DNA of 64,000 nucleotides from Patescibacteria group bacterium UBA7435 (GCA_002477545.1 DLQJ01000016.1:24528-88527); one strand, 5' to 3'; shown: positions 49,547 through 60,334, counted from the first letter of the stretch. Notes: a model not told the origin generated them from the letters alone. Program-made: numbers and translations.

Positions 49547-50130
49547 TAACAGCTTAAACTTCCTCCAATAGGGCATGGGGATGGAATGCCATCAGACTCA
49601 GGAAGTTCACCAGGTTCCATTCCTGACACAACGTAATCCTCAACTTTTTTCTCGTCCCATTCAGTTTCGTAATTCCACATTTCCCAATCGTATCGCCACT
49701 CATTCCAGCCAACAGTCATCTCTTGCACATACACACCATTTTCCGCAAGGAAGTTTCCTGCCTTGCGTCCATTCATACATGCAGCACTGTAGCAATAAAC
49801 AATCACCTCTTTGTTTTCAGGCAATTCCTTGAAGTCAGCGAGAATAAGATCTAAGTCTCGTGAGGTATCAATGTTAATAGCACCAACAACGTGCTCACGT
49901 TCGTAGTCAGCTTCAGCTCGCACATCAACTAAAATAAAAGCATCGTCACGATGATCAATTCGTTCTCGAATATTATGCGGACTTACCAACGTCGCAACTT
50001 CAGTTGCAAAGTATTGCGCACGCAATTCATCCTGTGTCAGCGTCTTGTCATCCGAAAATTGTACATAAGATAACGCCAGTAATCCTCCCATAAGAATCCC
50101 CGCTGCAAAATGTGTATATTGTGTTTTCAT
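49546..50130 (-). CDS. Exported rhodanese-like protein
   Basis: LVDVR, HVVGA, YCYSAAC. Confidence 0.88.
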   Translation of the reverse strand: MKTQYTHFAAGILMGGLLALSYVQFSDDKTLTQDELRAQYFATEVATLVSPHNIRERIDHRDDAFILVDVRAEADYEREHVVGAINIDTSRDLDLILADFKELPENKEVIVYCYSAACMNGRKAGNFLAENGVYVQEMTVGWNEWRYDWEMWNYETEWDEKKVEDYVVSGMEPGELPESDGIPSPCPIGGSLSC

Positions 50131-50168
50131 AAAAGAATTATATCAAAATTACTATCCGGTTTGGAAGT

Positions 50169-50924
50169 TTATTTCAATGCTTTTGGATGTTGTGCAGACC
50201 ACTGATAGAAAGCCACCGCAGCAGAGGCTGATGCATTAAGTGATTCGCAACGTTCATGCATTGGGATACTCACGATCATGTCGCAATGTTCTTTTGTCTT
50301 CTCTCGAATACCTTCACCTTCATTACCAAGCACAAACATGGTTGGCTTTGAAAAATCCTCAGTAACCATACTTGTGTCCCCTCCTCCATCGAGTCCGTAA
50401 ATAAAGAAGCCTTCCTTCTTCATATCTTCAATAGCACGATTCACATTACCAATTTCAACCAACGGAATCTTAAATGCCATTCCTGCAGATACCTTTACCA
50501 CAGTACCGGTCACACCAGCTTGCCGGTGCTTTGGAATAAGTACTGCTGACACACCAAAGGCTGCAGCTGAACGCACCACAGCCCCTACGTTGTGCGGATC
50601 CTGTACTTCGCCAAGGACTGCTAGACAGGTGTCGTTGGTAACTTCGAGTTGTTCTCTAAACTGATCGTATGTAAGGACCAACTTCTGCCGATCAATCTTT
50701 GCGATCATTCCTTGATGAACTGCCTTGCGATCTACCTCAGGTGGGACATTGTCTCCTGAAAAAGTTTTCACAATTTCCACACGCGAAAGAAGTTCACGGG
50801 GTATTTCGTGCTTTACGTCTCCTCGAATTGATAACGAGGCAATAACATCAGGTCGAAACGTTAGTGCTTCGAGTACCGCATGCTTTCCATATATAAATAA
50901 GTATCTTTCATCCATGCACCACAC
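50169..50924 (-). CDS. rlmB: 23S rRNA 2'-O-methyltransferase (TrmH/RlmB family)
   Basis: DPHNVGAVVRSA, GNEGEG, ESLNAS. Confidence 0.9.
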   Translation of the reverse strand: MWCMDERYLFIYGKHAVLEALTFRPDVIASLSIRGDVKHEIPRELLSRVEIVKTFSGDNVPPEVDRKAVHQGMIAKIDRQKLVLTYDQFREQLEVTNDTCLAVLGEVQDPHNVGAVVRSAAAFGVSAVLIPKHRQAGVTGTVVKVSAGMAFKIPLVEIGNVNRAIEDMKKEGFFIYGLDGGGDTSMVTEDFSKPTMFVLGNEGEGIREKTKEHCDMIVSIPMHERCESLNASASAAVAFYQWSAQHPKALK

Positions 50925-50987
50925 AGTACAATAATTTGCAAAAGTAGCAAGTTTTATGGTCTAATTGGCGCACTAGATAATGACTCT

Positions 50988-51716
50988 ATGGCACGGCACG
51001 TAAAAAACAACAAAAACAAGCGACACGGTGTTGCATTCTGGGATCAGGAATACACAAACGCCGAACATCTCTCAATGTCAGTTGAGGCTGGTTCTGATTT
51101 GAAAAAATTTACCCGATGGTTAGAGCGTCAAACCAAGCGAACCTTACTGAACCCAACAAGTTCAGCAATTGACATGGGGTGTGGTAACGGCCGAAACTTA
51201 CTCTATCTTGCCAAGGAATACGGTATGCATGGTGTCGGATACGATTCTTCAAGTGCTGCTATTAAAGAAGCAAAGACAATTTCTGAAGGAACTAATCTCC
51301 GTTATGAAGTGCGCACCATGGCAGGAGCTATTACTGAGCCTGACAATTCTCAAACATTTGCTCTGGATATGATGAGCTCCCACTTCCTCAAAAAAGAGGA
51401 TCGTGCGATGCTACGTGACGAAGTACACCGAGTACTCAAACCAGGTGGTTGGTTGTTTATGAAGACGTTCCTCAAAGATGGTGACATTCACACCAAACGG
51501 CTCATTGCAGAAAAGCCGGGGACCGAAGATGGATCATACATCCATCCAGTAATTGGAGTGCAGGAATTTGCCTACGGTGAACAAGAACTTATTGAATTTC
51601 TTGAAGAGAAATTTATTGTGCACAAGGCCTACCCTTCTCACAAACACGTCTCCAAAGGTAAGGCGCTGAAGCGTCGTACTATTTCCATCTATGTGCAGAA
51701 AGATCCATTTGTATAA
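50988..51716 (+). CDS. Class I SAM-dependent methyltransferase
   Basis: IDMGCGNGRN, LKPGG. Confidence 0.9.
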   Translation: MARHVKNNKNKRHGVAFWDQEYTNAEHLSMSVEAGSDLKKFTRWLERQTKRTLLNPTSSAIDMGCGNGRNLLYLAKEYGMHGVGYDSSSAAIKEAKTISEGTNLRYEVRTMAGAITEPDNSQTFALDMMSSHFLKKEDRAMLRDEVHRVLKPGGWLFMKTFLKDGDIHTKRLIAEKPGTEDGSYIHPVIGVQEFAYGEQELIEFLEEKFIVHKAYPSHKHVSKGKALKRRTISIYVQKDPFV

Positions 51717-51777
51717 AGAGCATGAAGACACAAAAAATCACTGCCCGAGGGCAGTGATTTTTTGTGTGTAACGAGGC

Positions 51778-51975
51778 TTACGCCTTAGCTACATTTGTTG
51801 CAGCAGGTCCTTTCGGTCCTTCTTCTACATCAAATGTTACAGCATCTCCATCTTGAAGGTCATTGAATTCTACATCAATAACATCCTTAGCATGGAAGAA
51901 TACGTCCTTGTCGCCTTCATCAGGTGTAATAAACCCGAATCCACGATCTGTAACGCGTGCAATTTTTCCTGTCAT
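51778..51975 (-). CDS. Cold-shock protein
   Basis: RGFGFI, DVFFH, GPKGPAATNV. Confidence 0.96.
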   Translation of the reverse strand: MTGKIARVTDRGFGFITPDEGDKDVFFHAKDVIDVEFNDLQDGDAVTFDVEEGPKGPAATNVAKA

Positions 51976-52092
51976 TTTGAAATGAGGATTATCTTCTAAC
52001 TACAAACCTACACTACACCGTTTCAACTTTCCTTTTGAGATTATTTCTTCGAGAGCGCGCTTTGTCCCCGACATTAAAGCACATTCAGGTAT

Positions 52093-52713
52093 TTATGCAA
52101 TAGCACTAGTGCCTTCCTCATCAGAAGCATCAAGGGCTGGCACTTCTTGTGCAATTTTCTGTAGCTGTCCATACAATGCAATTACCGTAAATGTAATCAC
52201 TAACGATCCAACAACCACACCAAGAATCAGTACAAATGCGCTCAATACCACAATCAATAGAGAAAGGAGCATGAAGCCAAATAATTTCCAACGATGCCCT
52301 TCGGTCAAGCTACTACTTGCTTTAAGCGCCTCCAAGGGTTTCATTCCCTTATCGATTACGAGCATTTCTGCAAACATCCAACGCACTGCAAGGTACACTC
52401 CTGGTACAACCAAACAGACAAGTCCAAGCATAATAAACAACCCCTTAATCAGCGCTAAGAATGCAAACGAGATCCATCGTGTGTCAGTAAGTATCATGTC
52501 ATCAAAACGAATCTTCTCTCCACGGTGATGATTAAGTAGTGCAGCGATATACCCTCCGTAGAGAATATATGCCAGCGCAGTTACCACCGCGTTCCCCAAG
52601 GAAATAGCAAAAAGTACAAAAACTCCTAATGTGATACTAAATAAATATCCCGGTCGTCGTGCAAAATCATTCCATCCACTTGCTAATGCTTCTCGTATTT
52701 TAATTTTTTCCAT
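52093..52713 (-). CDS. Hypothetical integral membrane protein
   Basis: VVPGVY, ALKASSSLTEGHRWKLFG pattern; several TMs. Confidence 0.75.
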   Translation of the reverse strand: MEKIKIREALASGWNDFARRPGYLFSITLGVFVLFAISLGNAVVTALAYILYGGYIAALLNHHRGEKIRFDDMILTDTRWISFAFLALIKGLFIMLGLVCLVVPGVYLAVRWMFAEMLVIDKGMKPLEALKASSSLTEGHRWKLFGFMLLSLLIVVLSAFVLILGVVVGSLVITFTVIALYGQLQKIAQEVPALDASDEEGTSAIA

Positions 52714-52723
52714 AGTATTTATA

Positions 52724-53062
52724 TTATACGTCTGACCATACTGCCAACTCGTTTCCGTCAGGATCACTGAAGTGGAAACGTCTTCCTCCCGGGAAGCTGA
52801 ATATTTCTTTTACAATAACCCCTCCTGCTTTGTGTACTGATTCCAATGTTTGTGCAAGATCTTTAGAATACAGGATAACAAGAATACTTCCTTTTACTGG
52901 TTCTCCAAGGGTAAACCCTCCACTGACATGTTCCCCTTCAAAGGCAATGTATTCAGGACCCCAATCTGTAAACAACCAACCAAAACTTTCTGAATAGAAC
53001 TTTTTCGCAACACCAAGATCTTTAGAAAGAAACTCAACATATTGTATTTGTTCATGAATCAT
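52724..53062 (-). CDS. VOC/glyoxalase family protein
   Basis: IQYVEF, FPGGRRFHFSDPDGNELAVWS. Confidence 0.92.
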   Translation of the reverse strand: MIHEQIQYVEFLSKDLGVAKKFYSESFGWLFTDWGPEYIAFEGEHVSGGFTLGEPVKGSILVILYSKDLAQTLESVHKAGGVIVKEIFSFPGGRRFHFSDPDGNELAVWSDV

Positions 53063-53099
53063 TAGCAAAAGTATACCAAAAAATAACGATCACTTATAT

Positions 53100-53756
53100 C
53101 TATAGTCCCATTGGTGCCAGAGGATATTTTTTCATAACGTCGTTCTTAAACCAATCAGTTTCAGTAATTGTTTGTGTCCACTGCGCCACTTTTGGGAAGT
53201 CTGTAAAATCAAACTCCCCACCGCGCGTTCTCATTATCTGCCTGACAAATGGAATGATAGCAATGTCAGCCAGTGAAAGTTTTTCCCCTAAGAGATATCC
53301 TGAAGGAAGTTCGTCTTCAATTTTTTGCACCATTGTCCGCAACCCGTGCACGTGTGTACTATGCATATCTGCATCCATAACCAGATTTTTTCCATATTTA
53401 AAAAGATCAACTTGTTGTTTAAATATTGTGTCACACCAAGTAAACCAGTCGATCATCTTTACATACTCTATACTTTCAACATTGGGAGTATACGTAGGTT
53501 TTCCATCAAGAGCATTAAGCATGCGGTTTATCTCGTTAGACTCAGTGAAGACCCTCTCCGTACCTTCAGCATCAATGCCGCGCAAGATAGGAATCCGAGG
53601 ACGCTCTTTGGCGCGTGTACTCCATTCTTGCATCCAAGTGGTCCATTTTCGCAAAGGTTCTTCTACAACCTCATGCTCAATTCCCTTTAGGTATAACAAT
53701 ATCCGTACCCGTATACAAAATGGACATCGGCGGTAATTATGTAGTATATATTTCAT
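53100..53756 (-). CDS. Glutathione S-transferase family protein
   Basis: YRRCPFC, ES, SLADIAIIPFVRQ. Confidence 0.88.
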   Translation of the reverse strand: MKYILHNYRRCPFCIRVRILLYLKGIEHEVVEEPLRKWTTWMQEWSTRAKERPRIPILRGIDAEGTERVFTESNEINRMLNALDGKPTYTPNVESIEYVKMIDWFTWCDTIFKQQVDLFKYGKNLVMDADMHSTHVHGLRTMVQKIEDELPSGYLLGEKLSLADIAIIPFVRQIMRTRGGEFDFTDFPKVAQWTQTITETDWFKNDVMKKYPLAPMGL

Positions 53757-53757
53757 A

Positions 53758-54093
53758 TTATTCTGTATTCTGTGCAAGTGCTTCTTGAGCTAGTGCAGTC
53801 ATTTCTTCAGCATTGTCTAAAGCTTTTTCTGGCACTGACCACCAATTTTTAATAATTACTGGATCTTTTTTATCTTTACGCGTATAGGTAAATTGCGTAG
53901 AGCCCATTTTCTTATATTTATCTTGTAGCGCAGGGTCAGTCACTTTGAAATATATTGTTTCCATCAAAATAACCCCAAGTTGTACACCAGACACTTTAAG
54001 TAGTACCCCACCAAACATACGGGTAGTTTGTATAGGCCCGACAGAGGAAAGGAGGTCGAGAGTGTATTCAAGAAACTCTTTTGATGTGCTCAT
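53758..54093 (-). CDS. TfoX/Sxy N-terminal domain protein
   Basis: RMFGG, IYFKV, FTY. Confidence 0.88.
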   Translation of the reverse strand: MSTSKEFLEYTLDLLSSVGPIQTTRMFGGVLLKVSGVQLGVILMETIYFKVTDPALQDKYKKMGSTQFTYTRKDKKDPVIIKNWWSVPEKALDNAEEMTALAQEALAQNTE

Positions 54094-54142
54094 ATAAAGT
54101 TAGTATACACAAAACACGGTCTATAGACCGTGTTTTGTTATC

Positions 54143-54634
54143 TTATTCATTTAGATACGAATCAAAATAAATCGCATGGCATGTATATCCCCCTGGATTC
54201 TTCTGCAGATAATCTTGATGATATCCTTCAGCATTCCAAAACCGAGTGTACGGTTCAAGTGTGGTGACAACAGGATCATTCCACCGCGCTGACTCATCAA
54301 CGATATCAATCATTTCTTGTGCAGCCAGTTTCTCCTCTTCAGTTTGGTAGAAGACAGCAGAACGGTACGCAGTTCCTCGATCATTCCCTTGTTGATTCAA
54401 TGTTGTTGGGTTATGAATCTGAAAGAAGAAATCTAAGATATGTTTATAGTCAGTTATTGTGTCGTCATACGTCACTTCAAGAGCTTCTGCATGTCCATTA
54501 TGATTTTCGTATGTTGGATTATCATTGTTTCCTCCCGTATAGCCAGCTTCTGTTTCGAGGATGCCGGGTTGGGTCCTTAGGAGATCTTCGAGTCCCCAGA
54601 AACATCCACCTGCGATATATGCTTTCTTTGTCAT
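54143..54634 (-). CDS. msrA: Methionine sulfoxide reductase A
   Basis: AGGCFWG, AEGYHQDYL. Confidence 0.97.
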   Translation of the reverse strand: MTKKAYIAGGCFWGLEDLLRTQPGILETEAGYTGGNNDNPTYENHNGHAEALEVTYDDTITDYKHILDFFFQIHNPTTLNQQGNDRGTAYRSAVFYQTEEEKLAAQEMIDIVDESARWNDPVVTTLEPYTRFWNAEGYHQDYLQKNPGGYTCHAIYFDSYLNE

Positions 54635-54635
54635 A

Positions 54636-55022
54636 CTAACTTTCTTTTAAGTCTAACGACACACTATTAATGCAATACCGATCACAGGTATTTCCATTTT
54701 TCTCTGGACCGTCCGGGAATACGTGACCTAGGTGTGCCTCACAATTCTTACATCGTACTTCAGTGCGACGCATCCCGTGACTATCATCTGAAATTAATGT
54801 CACAGCCTCAGTATTTGCAGTGTCAGTAAACGACGGCCACCCGGACTTACTGTCGAACTTCGCTTCTGAAGAAAACAAAGCGGCATCACACACTGCGCAG
54901 TGATACATACCATCAGTCTTCTCATCGACATATGCGCCTGCAAACCGTGCTTCCGTTCCATTTTCTCGAGCTACCTTGTATAGCTCCGGATTGTCTCTCT
55001 TCAATTCTGCATCAGTTTTCAT
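54636..55022 (-). CDS. msrB: Methionine sulfoxide reductase B
   Basis: SGWPSF, HLGHVFPDGP, RYCINS. Confidence 0.97.
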   Translation of the reverse strand: MKTDAELKRDNPELYKVARENGTEARFAGAYVDEKTDGMYHCAVCDAALFSSEAKFDSKSGWPSFTDTANTEAVTLISDDSHGMRRTEVRCKNCEAHLGHVFPDGPEKNGNTCDRYCINSVSLDLKES

Positions 55023-55112
55023 ATATGTATATGTTTATTCTTGTAATACTTATTATACGTCGATTATGAGGATATATTTCAAAGAAAATTAGAATTTTAT
55101 AGGTCAGAATGA

Positions 55113-55679
55113 TTATGTATTCTTATTTGCTCGAAATAAGTGGAGACATAAGATAATAAAGAATAAAAAGAGAACCCCTGAAAGAAACGGAAATGTTACG
55201 AACCCAAACACTTCCATAACTTTCTTTGAGCAATCAGCACTACCATCTGCCAAACATGGCAAAAGGCCGGACTCGTGCAGATCTTGTGGTAGCGATTGGT
55301 AGATGTAATGATACACGGCAACAAGTAAGCCGAAGACAGACAGCACTATTGCGTACACTGGAAAATGTTTTGTGTCTTTACGCCTGAACGCAGCCAGCGC
55401 CAAGAAAACCAATGGGTACAAAGCCACGCGCTGAAGCCAGCAAAGAGAGCACGGTATAAAACCAAACACCTCAGAGTAGAGTAAGGTTGTAACAACACCA
55501 CCAATACTTGTGAGCACCAAAATGGGCCATATGTATGGGGCAACAAATTTTTGATAGAGCTTTTGATTATTCGAAACATAATCAAAGATAAGGCCGAGTG
55601 TTAGTGCAAGGACACACAGGCCGGCGATTGCGTATAGGAGGTTTATGGTGTGAATGTTAAAAAGAAGCCAGGTAGTCAT
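55113..55679 (-). CDS. dsbB: Disulfide bond formation protein B
   Basis: PCSLCWLQR plus a second Cys pair; 4-5 TMs. Confidence 0.88.
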   Translation of the reverse strand: MTTWLLFNIHTINLLYAIAGLCVLALTLGLIFDYVSNNQKLYQKFVAPYIWPILVLTSIGGVVTTLLYSEVFGFIPCSLCWLQRVALYPLVFLALAAFRRKDTKHFPVYAIVLSVFGLLVAVYHYIYQSLPQDLHESGLLPCLADGSADCSKKVMEVFGFVTFPFLSGVLFLFFIILCLHLFRANKNT

Positions 55680-55701
55680 ATTTAGATTATATCATTGTTA
55701 A

Positions 55702-55867
55702 CTACCTGACCAGAGGTCTCTCTCGTTACACGAGCAGTATAGGTTGTCGATATTTCTTGAGAAATATCAGGCAACCTTTTCGAGCCCTGACGAAACAGTC
55801 TCCCAGACTGTTTCTGTCGCGTAGCACTAAAGTAAAAACACTCCTTGCGGAGTGTTTTTACTAAGTG
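55702..55867 (-). repeat. tRNA-Gln tail element (module A)
   Basis: Split antisense copy at 55779-55789 and 55816-55828; sense copy 55702-55720; core aligns with the tRNA(CAT) tail. Confidence 0.85.
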
Positions 55868-55938
55868 CTACCCGACCAGGGCTCGAACCTGGATTGACTG
55901 CACCAAAAACAGTAGTCCTACCATTAGACGATCGGGTA
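55868..55938 (-). tRNA. tRNA-Gln(TTG)
   Basis: Anticodon arm ACTGT-TTTTGGT-GCAGT; U1-A72 pair. Confidence 0.94.
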
Positions 55939-56012
55939 TGATCACCGGCCGCTAACCTAAATTAGAAGCTTTGTGCGCATTAGAGTACCATAATACTTTA
56001 AAAATTACAGCA

Positions 56013-57002
56013 TCACTTTCCCTGTCCCACTTGCGCATCGGGGTATTTTTTAAACATTAGGAAATGACCACCATTACCAAACAATAGGAGTAGGACTACT
56101 GCAGCAAAGTGTGGAATGTGGCCTGCTAGTTCAATTGGTCCCAGCAGGAACAACGGGATAGTGAATATGATCGCAACAATCAATGCATTGAGTCTAGTTA
56201 CTGCTCCCAAGATAAAGATGATTCCAAATAGTATCTCTACTGATCCTGCAGAAAGTACAAAAAGGTAATCTGAATACGGAAAACCTAGTACCTGCATGAA
56301 ATTCCATTGATGGAGATTGAGGAAATTAATACCAAACTCTGGTGCAAGAATTTTTTCGGATAGTCCAAGCACTACTAATGTTGCGCCAGTTCCTAAACGA
56401 AGGAACGAGAGTGCATATTCTTTAAATGCTTGCAGTTTCTCTCTAAAATATGAGAAAGAGATCAGCGAGAAGTAATCATTTCCCATTACGGCAATGAACA
56501 TTGCTGTTGAGAGAATCCAAACATCTTCCAAGGCTGCAACCCAACCTGCGAAGTAGAAGGTGCTCAGCCATACAAACCCCAAGATAAATGCTGAGGTACG
56601 CGTTGCAATTCCCAACATAAACGCAATACCAATAAAAATCTGAATGAAGATGAGCATATGCGGAATACCTACTTCATGGGTAAGGTTCGGAGAAAAGAGA
56701 TACTCATGCGTCCCTGCAATAAGCAAAAAACTTCCCGTTACCATCGCAAAAGTAGACGCAGCTCGTTCGTACGCATGACTTGCTTTGGGACGAAGAAATC
56801 CTAAGCGGAAATGGTTTCGTTGATGACAAATAATTCCTGCCAGAATCACAATAAGCATGATTGATGCCCAGACTGAAAGATACAGCAGTGTTGGTTCAGT
56901 TGTGACGTATTTTTCTAATGAAGTCTCTGCAAACCAGCGCGTATGAGCCGAGGCGAACATTGGCACAAATAGAGAGAGTGTGAGAAGTGATGCATATTTC
57001 AT
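56013..57002 (-). CDS. DoxX-like polytopic membrane protein
   Basis: AHTRWF; LRLGTG...EK; ELAGH; two repeated halves. Confidence 0.7.
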   Translation of the reverse strand: MKYASLLTLSLFVPMFASAHTRWFAETSLEKYVTTEPTLLYLSVWASIMLIVILAGIICHQRNHFRLGFLRPKASHAYERAASTFAMVTGSFLLIAGTHEYLFSPNLTHEVGIPHMLIFIQIFIGIAFMLGIATRTSAFILGFVWLSTFYFAGWVAALEDVWILSTAMFIAVMGNDYFSLISFSYFREKLQAFKEYALSFLRLGTGATLVVLGLSEKILAPEFGINFLNLHQWNFMQVLGFPYSDYLFVLSAGSVEILFGIIFILGAVTRLNALIVAIIFTIPLFLLGPIELAGHIPHFAAVVLLLLFGNGGHFLMFKKYPDAQVGQGK

Positions 57003-57109
57003 ATACCCGTAGTATCGCGCTATGTGTGAGAGCGCGCAATGTACTTTGTCCCCTTACTCATACAAAAGACCGACACCAAAGGTGTCGGTCTTTTGTATGT
57101 ACGGTGTCC

Positions 57110-57493
57110 TTAGGCTTTACTTTTCTTGAAACAATCTAAACATTTCAAATTCTCAGTACTTCGTGGTTCAAATGGCAGGCTTGTGATCGCATTTCCACAC
57201 GTTGCGCACTTCCAGTCACCAGCGATTTTTGGCTTCTCGCCTGCTGGTGCCATCTCTTCAAAATCAGGTGCTGGCGGTTGTTCTCCTGCGAGTCCTGCGT
57301 CTTCAGGAAAATCTGGTACCTCGTCTGCAGCAGGCATTGCACCATCAGGCATTTCTGCCGCAGTCCCAGCTTCTGAGTCCTTTTGTTTTCCGTAACACGC
57401 TTTGCACGTTAATCCCGATTCCCCTCTTGGCTGAAATGGTAATTCTGTAATAGCTCCCCCACATTTGCTGCATTTCCAATTTCCCTGAAACAT
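57110..57493 (-). CDS. Tandem CxxC-x17-CxxC zinc-ribbon protein
   Basis: Two GxWKCxxCG-ITxLPFxP-CxxC repeats with an acidic linker. Confidence 0.85.
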   Translation of the reverse strand: MFQGNWKCSKCGGAITELPFQPRGESGLTCKACYGKQKDSEAGTAAEMPDGAMPAADEVPDFPEDAGLAGEQPPAPDFEEMAPAGEKPKIAGDWKCATCGNAITSLPFEPRSTENLKCLDCFKKSKA

Positions 57494-57601
57494 AAATTTA
57501 GTCCTTAGTTGTTAGCTTTTAGTCCTTAGATGAACAGTATACACCAACCGAGATAAACAGAAAATGATCCCTTTAAGCAACAAGTATATCTTTCTTACTT
57601 A

Positions 57602-57727
57602 TCTAAGTAAGAGAATTGTGTGAGACGCAAGGAAGACAAGAAAAAAGAGCCGAGCCGTACTTAACGTACGGTGAGGCCCTTTTTCTCGTAGTCTAACGAA
57701 GTAGATTGCGTGACTCTGTTACTTAGA
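57602..57727. repeat. Structured ~125-bp element just after the pyrG stop
   Basis: Homologous to 8129-8255 but with different terminal inverted repeats. Confidence 0.85.
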
Positions 57728-57733
57728 GATGAT

Positions 57734-59395
57734 TTATTTGCTTTCGTAACTTGCACGGATGAAAGCTGTGAATAAAGGATGAGGATCCAACGGCCGTGCC
57801 TGCAATTCTGGATGATACTGCACTCCTACAAAAAATGGATGAACTTCTGTTGGTAGCTCCATGGTTTCCATAAGACGTCCGTCTGGTGACTTCCCTGAAA
57901 AGATAAGTCCCTCATTTTCAAGCTCCATGATGTATGCAGGGTTCACTTCATACCGGTGTCGGTGTCGTTCAAGAATATCTGTTTGTTTGTATGCCCTTGC
58001 AACTACTGAACCCTTTTGCAAAACCGCAGGGTACTGCCCAAGACGCATAGAACCTCCCATATCTCCCTTTGCGATTTTCTCTTTCTGTTCATCCATCACG
58101 CCCACAATAAGATTCGCTGCTTTGGGGTTAATTTCTTCGGTACTGGCATCCTTCTTTTTTACTACATTTTGTGCAAATTCAAGCACTGCCAATTGCATAC
58201 CGTAACAAATACCAAAATATGGAATTCGATTTTTTCGCACATACTCGATTACTTTAAGTTTTCCATCAACGCCCGTCTTACCGAACCCTCCAGGAACCAA
58301 GACACCGTCATATTTCTTAAGCTCTTTAAGTTTCTTACTGTCGGCAAAATCGTGTGACGATAAGTATGTAATGTTTGGCTTGAGTCCTAACTTGTATGAT
58401 GAATACTTAATTGCCTCAAGCACTGAAATATATACGTCAGAAAGCACAAAATCTCCTGAACTGAAATACTTACCGATTACCGCGATCTCTACAGTATCCT
58501 TCGTATTTTTAGACTTTGACACAAATCGTTTCCATTCTGAAAGGTCAGATTTTTTAGAACATGAGAGATCAAGCATTTCACACAAACGATCTGAAAGACG
58601 ATCTTTTTCAAGATTTAAAGGAATGTCGTAGATGCTTTCTACATCAGGTGCAGATATGACGTCTTCTGCATGCACATTACAAAACGTTGCGATTTTTTCT
58701 TTACGTTTCTGGTCTACACCAACTGGTGAGCGAGCGATGATAATATTTGCAAAAACTCCTGCGCTATTGAGCATACGTACAGCAGTTTGGGTTGGTTTTG
58801 TTTTCATCTCACCAATACTTCCAGGCACCGGCAGGTAACTAACCATAACCACACCTATATCCTGAGGGTTTTTGGTCTTCATCATACGTATTGCTTCCAA
58901 AAAGAGTACGTTCTGGTATTCGCCGACTGTCCCACCTACTTCAATAAGTACAACGTCCGCACCTGCACCTTCTCCTGCTTTTTGTATACGGGAGATTACC
59001 TCAAGTGGAATATCTGGAACAACCTCTACATTTTTACCCTTGTATCCAAGATTACGCTCTTTTGCGATTACGGCTTGATATACACTCCCTGTGGTCATGT
59101 AATTAATGCCTGGAATATCAATATTTAAAAATCGTTCATAGTTCCCCATGTCTTGATCTGTTTCAAGACCGTCTTTAAGCACAAAACATTCACCATGTTC
59201 AGTAGGGTTCATGGTCCCCGCATCCACATTTACATACGGGTCAATTTTTACTGCGGTAACAGAAAGTCCACGTCCTTGTAGGATTTTTGCGATCGATGAC
59301 GACGCTACTCCCTTTCCAACTCCACTCATTACTCCACCGACGACGAAGATGTATTTTGTGTTCTTCGTCTTCTTTGTCTGTGCTTTCTTAGGCAT
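57734..59395 (-). CDS. pyrG: CTP synthase
   Basis: GGVMSGVGKG, DPYVNVDAGTM, GICYGMQ, RHRHRYE, QYHPE. Confidence 0.99.
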   Translation of the reverse strand: MPKKAQTKKTKNTKYIFVVGGVMSGVGKGVASSSIAKILQGRGLSVTAVKIDPYVNVDAGTMNPTEHGECFVLKDGLETDQDMGNYERFLNIDIPGINYMTTGSVYQAVIAKERNLGYKGKNVEVVPDIPLEVISRIQKAGEGAGADVVLIEVGGTVGEYQNVLFLEAIRMMKTKNPQDIGVVMVSYLPVPGSIGEMKTKPTQTAVRMLNSAGVFANIIIARSPVGVDQKRKEKIATFCNVHAEDVISAPDVESIYDIPLNLEKDRLSDRLCEMLDLSCSKKSDLSEWKRFVSKSKNTKDTVEIAVIGKYFSSGDFVLSDVYISVLEAIKYSSYKLGLKPNITYLSSHDFADSKKLKELKKYDGVLVPGGFGKTGVDGKLKVIEYVRKNRIPYFGICYGMQLAVLEFAQNVVKKKDASTEEINPKAANLIVGVMDEQKEKIAKGDMGGSMRLGQYPAVLQKGSVVARAYKQTDILERHRHRYEVNPAYIMELENEGLIFSGKSPDGRLMETMELPTEVHPFFVGVQYHPELQARPLDPHPLFTAFIRASYESK

Positions 59396-59413
59396 CGTAT
59401 TCTTATTTATCTA

Positions 59414-60334
59414 TTACACTCGTAGGTACCTTGCAACTGCCAATAAACTTGAGGTAACCCCCATAATAATTCCAGCTCCCACCAAAACCATAAATATGTA
59501 TGCGAAGTCTGAAACAAAGTAATTGAAAAGGTTGAACTGGAAGAACTGCTCAGTCTCTGGACCTATCCAGAGCACAATTGGATACAATATCAAAAGTGCG
59601 AGTACTCCAGCTGCAATACCATACATAATTCCTTGTAGCATAAATGGACCCCGGATAAACATATTACTTGCACCAACTAACCGCATTACTGAAATTTCCT
59701 CACGCGTTGTGTATACCGTTAATCGCACCGTATTAAAGGTGATAAGAATTGCTGCAGCGACCAAAACAATCATAATGGCAAACGTGGCATTCTCAACAGC
59801 CTGAATGATTGCGGTGAGCTTCTCAATTGCCTCTTGGTTCTTAAGGAAGTTTACCTCATCAATCAGAGGATTCTGTGGATCCTCAATTGCTTGTTGTTCG
59901 GAAAGAAACGATGCTATCCCCTCATACTGTGAGGTGTCTTTTGCTCGAATAGACAATGATGATCCCAATGGATTATCCCCCAGCTCTTCAAGACCTTGCA
60001 TGATTGTTTCATCGTTCTGATGACGTTCTGAAAAGGCTTCTAGTGCTGCTTCACGTGAGGTAAAGACTACCTCTTCAACATCAGGCAGTGCTTCAAGTGA
60101 GGTTTGCAATAGATCAACATCAGTCTGTTCAGCAGTGGTAACAAAATATACGTTGATATCTACCTTGTCCTGTACATTCTCAAGAGATACCGCCAAAAGC
60201 GTGTCGATCATCATTGTTGCGCCAATTACAAACAATGCAACTGACATTACGAAGATTGCAGAGAGTGACACAAACGCATTGCGCCAAAATCCTACAAAAC
60301 CTGCTCGAACTATTCGTTTAAATGCTATCCACAT
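59414..60334 (-). CDS. ftsX: Cell division permease FtsX
   Basis: NPL, REEISVMRLVGAS; downstream of ftsE. Confidence 0.93.
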   Translation of the reverse strand: MWIAFKRIVRAGFVGFWRNAFVSLSAIFVMSVALFVIGATMMIDTLLAVSLENVQDKVDINVYFVTTAEQTDVDLLQTSLEALPDVEEVVFTSREAALEAFSERHQNDETIMQGLEELGDNPLGSSLSIRAKDTSQYEGIASFLSEQQAIEDPQNPLIDEVNFLKNQEAIEKLTAIIQAVENATFAIMIVLVAAAILITFNTVRLTVYTTREEISVMRLVGASNMFIRGPFMLQGIMYGIAAGVLALLILYPIVLWIGPETEQFFQFNLFNYFVSDFAYIFMVLVGAGIIMGVTSSLLAVARYLRV

